From NCBI RefSeq assembly GCF_009834535.1, contig NC_045697.1:28336001-28400000 (forward strand): a stretch of 64,000 nt of DNA. The letters run 5' to 3'. Positions within the stretch are counted from its first letter, which is position 1; each line of letters starts with the position of its first letter. The notes beneath the pieces were generated by a model that was not told where the DNA came from, did no database searches, and was given only the letters and a program-made list of their open reading frames with translations. This document shows, piece after piece, positions 13,743 through 25,400 of this stretch. A program made the translations under genes and the position numbers. The stretch is from Camelus ferus (lineage: Eukaryota).

Positions 13743-14329
13743 GATTGGCCAGATAATAATCACATCAGATGGGAAAGAAAGAACTGTAGAAAAAGCTGTA
13801 CTATTATTCAGCTCCATTTTCATTACTAATCTATATGTAACACAGAATAAAAGTATGTCAGTGATTAGAAGGCAAGAATTTACTGAAAATGAAAGATAGA
13901 GACAGAAATAAAAGCTAAGGATCTGTGGGCCTACCACTACCCAATGCCTGGTGGAAAGCTAAATAAAACCAAGGCAAAAAAAGGTGTTAATGTTTATATT
14001 TTCAGTTATGTATCACATTTCTAACATACTTATTAAGTACTACTAATATTTTGTAGTCATACATCACATTTCTAATGTATTCAAATTTTCCAAAAAAGCA
14101 TCAAGAAAGCAGACAGAAAGAAATAAAATCAATTATAAGGGAGAACTATGTTTCTATCCATTATAATGAAACTTCAAAAACGTAAGCACAATTAAGTAGC
14201 TTGGAAGAAAATGAAATGAATAAACCATTATAATTCAAATATTACCAGACCAAAGGACAAAATTAGAAACAACCACAGTAATTCAAAAGTAGAAGAGGGT
14301 ATCCCAGAAAGGAGAGAGCCACAGAATGG

Positions 14330-14447
14330 AATAGCCATGACACCAAAACAACCTACGTGTCCATCAATGGATGAATGGATAAAGAAGTTGTGGTATATGT
14401 ACTACCTCAATCACAGATAGATCCATAATAATGGAATACTATTTAGC
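14330..14447 (+). repeat. 118-bp near-perfect dispersed copy of 13090-13207
   Basis: One mismatch in 118 bp (T13117 vs G14357); offset 1240 bp. Confidence 0.95.
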
Positions 14448-14762
14448 ACAATAAACTTAACCCAAATTTGTCAATAAACTTAACCCAAATTTGTGGCTGT
14501 CTCCTGAACTACATAAGCACAGAACAACTCCAAATACCCAGATAAAGTTAAAAAAGTTAAACAACTATGCCCGCTGCTGCCCATCATAGGATGGACAAGA
14601 GTTTGGAGTTTGAGTTCAGCCAAGTTAATTGCCTGCTAAACCAAAAGATTTAACACCCTTTGGAGGAATATAACAGAATCCAAAGTTCCTACACTGTAAA
14701 ATTCACACTCTCCAAGGTAAATCCAAAATAACCAAACATACAGAGAAACAGGAAATGTGACC

Positions 14763-15291
14763 TGTGATGGTTAATTTTATGTGTCAATTTGACTGGGCAA
14801 CAAGGCGCCCAAATATTTCATCAAGCATTACTCTGCGTGTTTCTGTGAAGGTGTTTTTGTATGACCTTAACATTTAAATCAAACTGAGTAAAGCAGACTG
14901 CACTCCCTGTTAAGAGCGGGCTTCATCAAACAAGTTGAAGGCCTGAAGAGAACAAAAGGCTGAACCTCTCCCAAATAAGAGGATTCCTCCTTCATGATTG
15001 CCTTGAAGCTAGGACATCAGTTTTTCTTGCCTTCAGACCAGAACTAAAACATCAGCTCTTCCTGGGACTCAAGTCTACTAGCTTTCAGACTGGAACCACA
15101 TCATTGGCTCTCCTGGTCTCCTGTTCACAGGCCTTCAGACTCAGACTTGAACTACACCATCAGCTATCATGCGTCTCCAGCTTGCCAACTGTAGGTCGTG
15201 GGACTTGTTAAGACTCCATAATCACATGAGTTGATTATTTAAAATAAATTTCTTTTCAGGTTCTGTTTCTCTGAAGAATCCTGACCAACAC
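14763..15291 (+). mobile_element. MLT2 (ERVL) LTR
   Basis: Begins tgtgatggttaattttatgtgtcaatttgactggg and ends gttctgtttctctgaagaatcctgaccaacaca. Confidence 0.8.
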
Positions 15292-16636
15292 AGATTTTGT
15301 TATTGAAAAGTGGAGTGCAACTGTAAAAAATGCCTAAAATATGGAAGCACCTTTGGAACGGGGTAATGGTGGAGGCTGGAAGAGTTCTATTGGACACACT
15401 AAAAAAAAAAAAAAAAAAAAAGAAAGAAAAGGTCTAGACTGCTGTAAAGAAACTATTGGCAGAAATTTGGATGTTATAGGCAATTTCAGCAAGGTCTCAA
15501 GAAGAAAAGATGAGAGGTATAAAGCCGCTATTGTCTTGAGAATACATGTATCATCATAAACAGAATACTGGTAGACATATGAGTATTAAAGGTCATTCTG
15601 TTAAGGTTTCAGATAGAAATGAGGAACAGGCTATTGAAAACTAGAGGAAAGGCAGTCCTTGTTATAAAATGGCAAAGAACTTGGCTGAATTTGTGTTCTA
15701 GCGCTTTTTGAAAGACAGAACTGTAAACAATGAAACTGGATATTTAGCTGAGGAGATTTCTAAGCAAAATGTTGGAAGGTGCAGCCTGGGTCTTTCTGAC
15801 TCTTCTAGCAAAATCCATGAGGAGAGAGATGAATGGTTAACCAAAAAAGGAACCAAAACTTAAAGATCTGGAAAATTCTCAACCTGTCTACATTGCAAAA
15901 AATGAGAATGTGTGTCCTGAAAAGAATACTAAAAGTTTGTTGGACTATCAGCTGATAAAGAGATTATGGGATATACATGCAAAAACACTGCCAGTTTGAA
16001 ATGAAGCAGACAAAATGAAGAAGGCTATCAAGCTTCTTGATTCTACAGGATAGGACAACAGTTATTCAGCTGCAAACCTACACTATTCTCCAAGAATAGG
16101 AAAGAAAGACCCTGAAGGAGATTGAAAGATCAAAGCTGCCTCATCCCCTATTCCAAGAGATCAGACAGCATCTACCCAGTAACCTTGGGATAAGACCACC
16201 CTGAAGAGCTGTGGAGGTGGGACCACTGCCCCAGTGGGTCCAGAAGGCAGGGCATCAAGCTATAGAAGAATATTCTCAAGCTTTAAGATCAAACAAAATT
16301 TGCCTTGCTAGATTTTAGACTTGCTTGGCACTGCTACCCTTTCTTCCTCCTGATTTCTCCCTTTTGAAATGGGAATGTACATTCTATACCTGTCCTACCA
16401 TTGTACTTTGGAAACATATGTTGTCTGGTTTCACAGGTTCACAGCTGGAGAAGAATTTTGCCTCAGGATGCATCATATCTCAAGTTTCACCCATATCTGA
16501 TTTACATGATAATTTTAGATAAATCTCTGGAGTGTAGAGCTGATGATGCAATGAGTTAAGACTTTTGGGGGCTGTTAGAATGAAATGAATGTATTTTGCA
16601 TGCAAGGACATGAATTTTAGGGGGCCACTGGCAGAA
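15292..16636 (+). mobile_element. MaLR internal region (MLT/MST-int-like)
   Basis: aagtggagtgc...cctaaaatatggaagcacctttggaacggggtaatgg...ccttgttataaaatggcaaagaacttggctgaatt, typical of MaLR internal sequence. Confidence 0.75.
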
Positions 16637-17072
16637 TGTTACAGAATGAATGCTTGTATCCCCAAAAAATTCGTATGTTGAGTTCCTACTATGGCTGTAT
16701 TTGGAGATGGAGTCTCTACGGAGGTAATTAAGATTAAATGAGGTCACAGGGATGACCCTTGATCTGACAAGTTAGTGTCCTTGTAAGAAGAGACACCAGA
16801 AAGCTCATCTGCATGCACACACATGCACACACTCACTCACCCTCTCTGTGTCTTAACCACTCTCTCTCCCTATGCACTCACACCAAGGAAAGACCTTGTG
16901 AGGACACAGCAAGAAGGCAGCCATCTGCATGCCAGAAAAACAGCTCTCATTATAAAATGAATTGGCTGGAATCCTAATCATAGACTTCTAGATCTCAGAA
17001 CTATAAGAAAATAAATTTCTGTTACTTAAGCCAGCCAGTCTATGGTATTTTATGGTAGCCCAAGCTAATACA
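16637..17072 (+). mobile_element. MLT1A/MST-like MaLR LTR
   Basis: tgttacagaatgaatg...ccccaaaaaattcgtatgttga...aaataaatttctgttacttaagcca...ctaataca. Confidence 0.8.
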
Positions 17073-18170
17073 TGAGCCATAGACTCAAGATAAAAGGCCT
17101 TAACTGAGACCAAGCCTAATATAACCCAAATACTAAAATTAGCAAACAAGAAATTTAAAGGAGCTACTATAGCTACACTTATGAACATAAAGGAAAGAAA
17201 TTAAAAACCATGAAAAGGAACCAAATGGAGAGTCTAAAATTGAAAATTTTAATATTTAAAATATTTACTATGTAGGCTTAACAGCAAATTGGACACGACA
17301 GAAGAGTCAACGAACCTGAAGATAATAATAGAGAAATTATCCCAATCTGAAGTACAGAGGAAAAAAAGAACAAAATGAATAAGCCTCAATGATCTGTGAT
17401 GCAATTACAAAATCCTAATATGTATATAATTGGAATGACAGAAGAAGAGGAGAGAGAGAATGGGGCAGATATATGTATTTGAAGAAACAATGGCAAAGAG
17501 ATCCCAAATCTGAAGAAAGATACAGATTTACAGGCTCAAGAACCTCAGAAACCCTACAAAGCATAAACACAAGAAAACCACACCCAGCTACACCATAGGT
17601 AAAGTTAAAACCCAAAGATAAAAAGACAGTCTTTCAAAGCAGCATGAGAAAAACAATGCATTAAATACAAAAAACAAAAACAAAAAACAATATGAATAAC
17701 TGCTAACATCTCATCAGAAAAAATGGAGACCAAAACACAGTAGAACATCTTTAAAGTGCTGAAACAAAAAAATGTCAATCCAAAAATTCCATATCCAGCA
17801 AAAGTAACCTTCAAGAGTGAAAGTAAAACAAAGACAAAAACTTAACAGAATTCATTGCCAACAGACCTATCCTACAAGAAATGCTTAAGAAAATTCTTCA
17901 GGTTTAAAGGAAATAACATTAGATGGAAATTCAGATCTTCAATAAGAAATGAAAATCACCAGAAATGGCAAGCACATGATTAAATATAAAAGATCATTTT
18001 TCTCTTTTAATTTCTTTAAAATACATGTCAGTTTAGAGCAATAATTATTACACTGAATGTGAAGTATTAACATAAGCAGATGTAATACATATGGCCAACT
18101 AGGGCATAAAGGATGGGGCAGTGGTAAACCGATCTGTAGTTGCAAAACTCTTATATTTTACACAAAGTGT
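17073..18170 (+). mobile_element. Old L1 ORF1 region (continuation of an L1 5' segment at about 14290-14762, split by the LTR element)
   Basis: A-rich decayed ORF1 (aacatctttaaagtgctgaaa...tccaaaaattccatatccagcaaaa...cagacctatcctacaagaaatgct). Confidence 0.7.
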
Positions 18171-18588
18171 AACTCAGATACATTATTGCAGCCATTGCCT
18201 GTGCTTTTCATAGTGACATATCTTAACTTCTCTGAAGCCCAAGGAGGACAGGGAAAAGAATAAAACTTTCCTCCAAAGCCTTCCTTCACCTGAAGTCCGA
18301 TACCATTCACCTGGGATTCATGTCTCTATGAGCAAACTTTGGTCTTAAAATGCAAAGCTGTAACAACTAAAAAGGGTTCCACCACTACTTCAGGAAAATA
18401 CAAGCTATGAATGAAGTAAAGCCATGTTAACTAGAAATAACTAATACCTTATTACTTTTCTTCTTCCTCTGCTAATAAATGAGTTGAAATCTATATTTAC
18501 TATTACTCAAGGCTCCCAATATATCAAATCTCAGAACTGAGTTTATTTAACCTTTTATACAATTCAGTATTGTATCTGGAAAACTGAC

Positions 18589-18714
18589 CTTGATTTCCTT
18601 TATTCCTCTCTTTGCTTTTAAAGTTTCTTCAGCAGACTTTTTCTCATTCTTCTTTACTGTTTCACTTACAAGTTTCTTTCCACTTGGTACAACCCCAAAG
18701 AATTTCCGAATATC
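18589..18714 (-). CDS. RFC1: RFC1 exon 2 (126 bp)
   Basis: ttttag|GATATT...ATCAAG|gtcagt; translates DIRKFFGVVPSGKKLVSETVKKNEKKSAEETLKAKRGIKEIK, matching the RFC1 N-terminus. Confidence 0.96.
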
Positions 18715-20431
18715 CTAAAAGCAAAAACAAGAGATGCACACACAAACATTAACTGCACAAAATTCTAGTTTCAATTGTAAAAAGGAACAACTCTACACAC
18801 ACACTGGTCTACCCTCAGTATTTATTCAGTGAGATAGTTCCATGTGTGCAGCAGCATTCTTTCTATATGCAAAAGTTAACTGACAGAATTATCTGAGTCA
18901 GAAATAATGTGCCTAATGAAAAGTAATATTAATTCTCAGAAATTGGGCAAAAATAAGTGAAATTTTTGTTAACAATAGCACAATTACTAAAAAGGCAAGT
19001 AACAAGTATTTATTGACCATGCATGCACATACCCCATTACTTCAGGCACAGTAGGGGAAAAAATAAAAGATGAAGAATATAATCCTTGCCCATGGGAGTT
19101 CTACTCTAGTTTGGGAGAACAATAACTCTCATAACCCTGATCATTTAAGATTTTAATAACAAAGAACCTTGAAATTATTTTCTTGTATATGATTTTTCCA
19201 AATCCCAAAGAAAACAATTTTGATGATTACAATATTTTCTTCAATTACTCTATCCCCTGTGTTAAACAGTAGAATCAAATTAATCATATTGAAACATTTG
19301 TGATGTAATTTACAATTAAAATCACTCACCTTTCTTACCCTTTGCATACATAATCTTCCCTACCCTTTTAGATTTAAACTTTGAAAAAACTATGGTGTAG
19401 AGGAAAGGGAACAGACCTTAGAATAAGAAATCCCTGGCACAAATCTCTGCTCTAGTGGTTTCTAGCTATGTGACTTTGAGCAAGTTAATTTAATCTGTTT
19501 TCTCATCAGTAAAGTTAGACTAATATTCCCTACAGTTTATGGATTAATTACGCATCTATCACAATTTTGGTTCAGTAAAAAGCTTCCCTCCCCCCTCATT
19601 AATGAACTATTAACCCTTCATGTCACTGAAACATAACCCATTTACAGTGATCTCTGCTCACAGGCAAGGGTATAAGGAACAGAGAGAATAGTGAGAATTT
19701 AGGATCTGAATTTCAAAGAACTGGATTCAAAAGCCAGTTGCACCGTTTTCCCATTTCCTATTCTTAATGGTTATAAAACTGAGTTTTCAATCCTGTTTAC
19801 ATGTTTCAATCTCTCTCTCTTTATTGTGGTGAGGAAAACGCCTGTTAAAAGTACTCTGTGAAATGTAAGAAAATTAACAATTTTTCCTAGAACCTGGCAG
19901 TAATTGTCATACTTTGAAAATGTCAAAAACCCCAAACAAGTGTGTTATGCAAACACACCAACACACACACAAATAGCTTTGTGGTTAAGCCAATAAGCAA
20001 AATAGATAAATATCTACATTAAATTTTTTTTGAAAGGTTACAGACTTCCCTGGTTTTGTACCCTCTTTTGTAAATTTCTTAATATAGAAAAGTCACAAAT
20101 CCATCTTAAAATTACACCATTTGCAGAATGGATACCTCAGCTATAAACCTGAGACATTTGTGTCAGGTGCTAAAGAAATGATAGATGATAAAGAAGGCCA
20201 GAAAGCCATTGCCTTCCATATAATTTGCAAAGAATTGAGTTTGGGGCTGACAACTACTCACTTTATTGCTTCTGGAGGAAATGAGAGTTTCATATTGGAG
20301 TTTCACTTTTAAAATTACCAAGTGAGTATTCACTCAAACAGTGGTGACTTTTTAAACAAACACACACACACACACACACACAGCACACATGCACCATGGA
20401 TATACCAAAACTGAATATTAATAATCAGGTT

Positions 20432-20521
20432 GAGGGGAGTGGGTATAGCTCAGTGGTAGAGTGCATGCTTAGCAAGCACAAGGTCCTGGGTTCAATCCCC
20501 AAAACCTCCATTTTAAAAAAA
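20432..20521 (+). mobile_element. tRNA-derived SINE (vic-1-like)
   Basis: gggtatagctcagtggtagagtgcatgcttagc...ggttcaatcccc, A tail, TSD aatcaggtt (20423-20431 / 20522-20530). Confidence 0.85.
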
Positions 20522-21169
20522 AATCAGGTTAAAGTTGGTGGTGGTTTTCCATCTGTGTTAGAACCACAAATGCTTAAAACCGCAAAGAGAAAGAAAACAA
20601 AACAATTCAGGAAGTGGAACTGTTGGTTTAACGTCGAGCTTGCTGATTTGTCTGTACATAGTGCCAATCCTCAGCACTGTTGCAACCCTTCCTTCCTAAG
20701 TAATTCTTCCTAAGTATTCACACCCCATTTCTTTTCCTTTCCCTTTATTCTACCCTACACTCCCACTCCCTATGCTCTTATAGTCTGACGGCAGCAGAAT
20801 AATTAAAGAAATTACAGCAACCTGATCTAACTTAGTACATAGTAAAAATCTAAACTTTTGGAAAAGAATTTTCATCAGAATGGAAGTCATTCTACTTACA
20901 CCTTTTTAGGGATTATCTCCAATGTGAGCAGCCATCTGGTGTATAAACATCTAAGAGGCAAAGGTCACCAATTTGACATTAATTTATAGTGTGACTTCAT
21001 CTTACTCTTCAACTAACATTCCCTGTCTGGTATTCCAGATCTTTAAAGAGTTCATGAAATGAAGTACAAGCCTAGTGACTAATCAAACTCCCAAACAATG
21101 GATCTGAACATCACTCTTACCTGCACAGAATTCTTGGTGAGTATATGAATAGAAAAAGGAACACATTTT

Positions 21170-21680
21170 TAAATTTACTTTTATCATTAAAAGGAAAGTC
21201 CTTTTGAGTAGAACATCAAGGCTAGAAACCATCCATAAAGAAAGACACATCTGGCTACATAAAAATAAAAGATGCCATAAGCAAAATTAAAATATAAGCA
21301 ACTAACTTGAAAGTATCTACAACATGTTATATATAAAAGGTCTCCCACAAATCAACCAAAGATAACCCGGTGGAAAAGCAAATAAAAGCTATTAGTAGGA
21401 AAATTAAAAGAAACACAAATAACCAATAAACGGAATAAAAGATGCTCAACTTCACAAATACAAGGAGATAAATTAAAACTTGATTATTTTTCTCTAAGTG
21501 TTAAAAGATTGATAATGCCCAGATTTGTCAAAGATGTGGGCAAACAGATGCTTACACACTACACTGCTAATAAAAGTAAAAACTGGTATAACCTTTCCAA
21601 AACAATCCAATAATATTTATCAAAAGTTTAAATGTGCATACCCTTTGTCCCAGTAATTTCATTTCTAAAAGAAATGGCAA
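21170..21680 (+). mobile_element. L1ME-type ORF2 3' fragment
   Basis: aaagatgctcaacttcac...aaactggtataacctttc...gcataccctttgtcccagtaatttc. Confidence 0.65.
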
Positions 21681-24394
21681 AAAAAAAAGATAGTTTTATT
21701 TGGGGAAATCAAGAGAAAATAGTAATTAACTCTTCTTTCTTTTTAAATAGTTACTCATTGAACAAGTCAGTTCAAATATAGCAAAAGATTTAGGCAAAAA
21801 TCACATAAAAGTTGAAACAAATTTAAAGTATAGTTAAGAACAACACGTAAGTTTTTCATGCTTTTACTTATAGGACTACTGGGACATAGATTTTATCTTC
21901 GATGATTCTTTGAGGTAAATAAGGCAAATAGAATGATTCATCTCCAGTTTATAGGTAAGTGGAATTAAGTCAGACAAATACAACTTTTTGTCAGTTTTGC
22001 CATTTACTACCGGACACTTGGAATGAATTACTTAACTTCTCTGGCCCTTAGTTTCCCCAGGATGCCACTTGCCTCACAGGATTCCTGTGAGCATAAAAGG
22101 CGGCACACCAGAACGGAACCTGGTCCACTGACTCCAAATCCCTTTCACAGTTCTCCACTTGACCATGACTGCCCCCTCAGAGTTTTCCTGTTTAAGGATC
22201 TACGCAAAAGTAGCCATACCCTACAACTAGCCACGCGGTGTTTCCCTTCTCATTATTCCTGATACATCTGATCCTTGTGTGATTACAGGCAGGCACTGTG
22301 CCAGGGACTTAGGACACAAATTGAAAATGCCCTTATGAAGCTACTTGGGAGACAAATTAGTATATACAAAATTAAATACAAAACAGTGCTAAGACACAGC
22401 TAATCACCAAACTGTAAAAGCACCAGGAGCACCCAACACAGGGAGCCTTCAGGGACAGTTTACAAAGAAGAAACACCTGAAATGGGTCCCAAAATGAATA
22501 GCAGGAGATACTTCTCACAGTCATAGAAATCTGAGCTGGTACACACTGCTGTAAGTCCACACAGCAAGCTTGTCTACCTTACTCATCACTGCATCTCAAG
22601 TTCAGGTCAACATGTCAGATAAGTAGATGCTTAATTAATACTGGCTGACCACATGAATGGTCATTCCTTCACATCTGGGCTCAGAAACAGAGGTTCTTGA
22701 TTACAGAAAATGAAATTCATAGTAGATTTGTTTTTAAACATTGTGTTTTAATTTAATTGAGATTAATTTTTTTGCCATGATCTTACCTATTATTCTTTAT
22801 TTTAAGAAATTTTAAGTGGGTATTAAATCAACACTGTATTATTTTAGAGGTAAATTACTAAAGTTGGCCTTTTATAATATGGTACTCCCTTGTCATATTA
22901 CAATATTGTAGCTACAAAAAGCAAAATACTTTCACTTTTAGTACAATACTTTTTCTTCTTTGGGGCTTTTCCCTGAAGCTGATTAATGGCTCTCCATGAA
23001 CGCTAAGTTAAAACCTGCTGATCCACATACTCACACTACGCAAGCTAACTCACACCCATCTCAATGTCAGTACCACCTATAAACACACTGATACCTCCTA
23101 AATCTTGCCTACACTCTAGACCTCCCAGTTCCATATCAGTGTAGCCAACAGTCTGCCATATACACCTCTACCCAAATGCCCCAAGAGTGCCTCCAACTCA
23201 TAAGGTCCAAAACTAAGCTCATATTCTTTTAGGACTGGCTTCTCTCCCTTTATTTCCCACTTCAATGCATAGCATCACCATTCATGCAAAACAGAAGAAT
23301 GGGCACTCTCTCCTCCTCATTCCAACCCTCTTGTCTAATCATCCCACCTAACCTAACCTCCCAAATACTGCTGTCCTTTTCCCTCTATTTCTATTGCCAA
23401 TACCTTGACTTAGGGTTTCATTTATTCCTTTAACAAACTCTTAGATAAGCTTTACTCTGTGCCAGACAATTATTTAAGGACTTTAAAAAACTAACTACTT
23501 AGATCCACATAACAAGTGTATGACGTTCTTTAACTTCAATTCACAAACGAAAAAACTGAGAATACCAACAAGACATTTTCTAGTAAAAGTTTTGAAATTT
23601 AAGATGCTTTTAAATGTAAGCAAAAAGATCTTTTGCCCTCTCCTACCCTAAGATGTAAATAAAAATGCTACAACATTATTAGAGAGAAGCACTGTCTATC
23701 AGGCAGCCCAAATGCAATTTTAATATACTTAAGTCAAGACAAAGACCCCACCAAGTACTCAAAAAAATCATGTATTTTTAGAAGTTTCCAACTAAGTTGG
23801 TTATAAATCTACTAGTAGAGTTAGAGATGAAAAAAAAATCTTTTTGCAATAAATACTCCTAAACCTGCACAGAAATAAGCTATTTAAAGTTAAAAGGTCA
23901 AAGTACAGAAGCTGATATATATTTATTCTGAAGTATAACCAAACCACTCTAATTACTTTTTTCCACTGTTGATGGGTTCAACCAACAAACAAGTTATATT
24001 CGTCTACCAAAAATGTGAAGAGAAAGCAAATCATGCCACTGTGTTCACTTACTTTGAAGAGAACAGATTTTATGCAAAATAAGTACTGTGGAGTGGTTGC
24101 CAAAATACTGTTTTGGCTTTACTTCTCTATTTTGAAAGTAACAAAGAAATACATTTTTGATTAATGTTTTTAAATCATCCACCAAATCCACAAGCAGAAA
24201 TTGATTATCAACACACTTTACAAAATCTATTTAAATGTAAAAATCATTTACCTTGAAAACCACTAAAAGGCAAAATTATATATCTGACTTAAGTTGTATA
24301 TTGATAGCAGCACAGCGAAGACAAATTATGAAATAATTTTAAAATGGTTAAAATTATATTAAGGCCTTGTACTTAAAAAACAAAAAGTAACTTC

Positions 24395-25400
24395 TTGTAA
24401 TGCTTTCCCATAAGATCAGGAGAAAGATCCACTCTTGCCACTCCTACACAGCACTGTGACCAAAAAACCAATTAGGCAAAAATTTAAGAGGCAACTAGAT
24501 TGGACAGGAAGAAGTAAAACTATCTCTATTTGCAGATGAAATAATCTTAAATAGAGAAAAGCTTACGAAATCCACTAAAAAACTATTAGAACTCTACATG
24601 AGTTCTGCAACGTTGCATGATACAAGATCAATACGCTGAAACCAACTGTATTTCTATATCGTGCAATGAACAATCCAAAAGTGAAATTAAGAAAATAATT
24701 CCATTTAAAGTATCATCAAAAAGAACAAAATACTTAAGAATAAACTTAAGTGTAAAACCCACACTCTGAAAACTATACAACATTCCTCAAAGAAATTAAG
24801 GAAGACCTAAACAAATAAAAGATAGCCCATGTTCATGGATCAGAAGATATTATGTTGTTAAGATGGCAATACTCCTCAAATTGACTAACAGATTCAACAC
24901 AATCCCTATCAAAATTCCAGTTAGTTTCTTTGCTGATTCTAAAATTCTTATGGGAATTCAAGGGACCAAGAACAGGGAAAACAATCTTGAAAAAAAACAA
25001 AGTTGGAGGACACATTTACCAATTTCAAAGCTCACCATAAAGCTACAGTAATAAAAAGTGTTACTGGCACTAGGGTAAACAGATCAATGGAACAGAATTA
25101 AGCGTTAAAAAAAAAAAAAAAAAAAGACCCTCACATTTGCAGTCAATGGATTTTTGACAATGAAGCCAAGATAATTCAATGGGAAAAGAACAGTCTGCAA
25201 ATGGTGTAGTAACAACTGGAGATCCAGTACAAAAAAATAAACTTGGACCTCTACTTCACACCATATACAAAAATTAACTTAAAATGGATCAAAGTCCTAA
25301 ATGTAAAAGGTAAAACTATAAAATGCCTAAAAGAAAACAGAAGTATATATATTCATAACCTTGGATTAAGTCGTGGTTTCTTAGATATGGCACCAGAAGC
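24395..25400 (+). mobile_element. L1 ORF2 (reverse-transcriptase region) fragment
   Basis: LSLFADE-like motif, MAILLKLTNRFNTIPIKIP and other decayed ORF2 segments. Confidence 0.85.
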
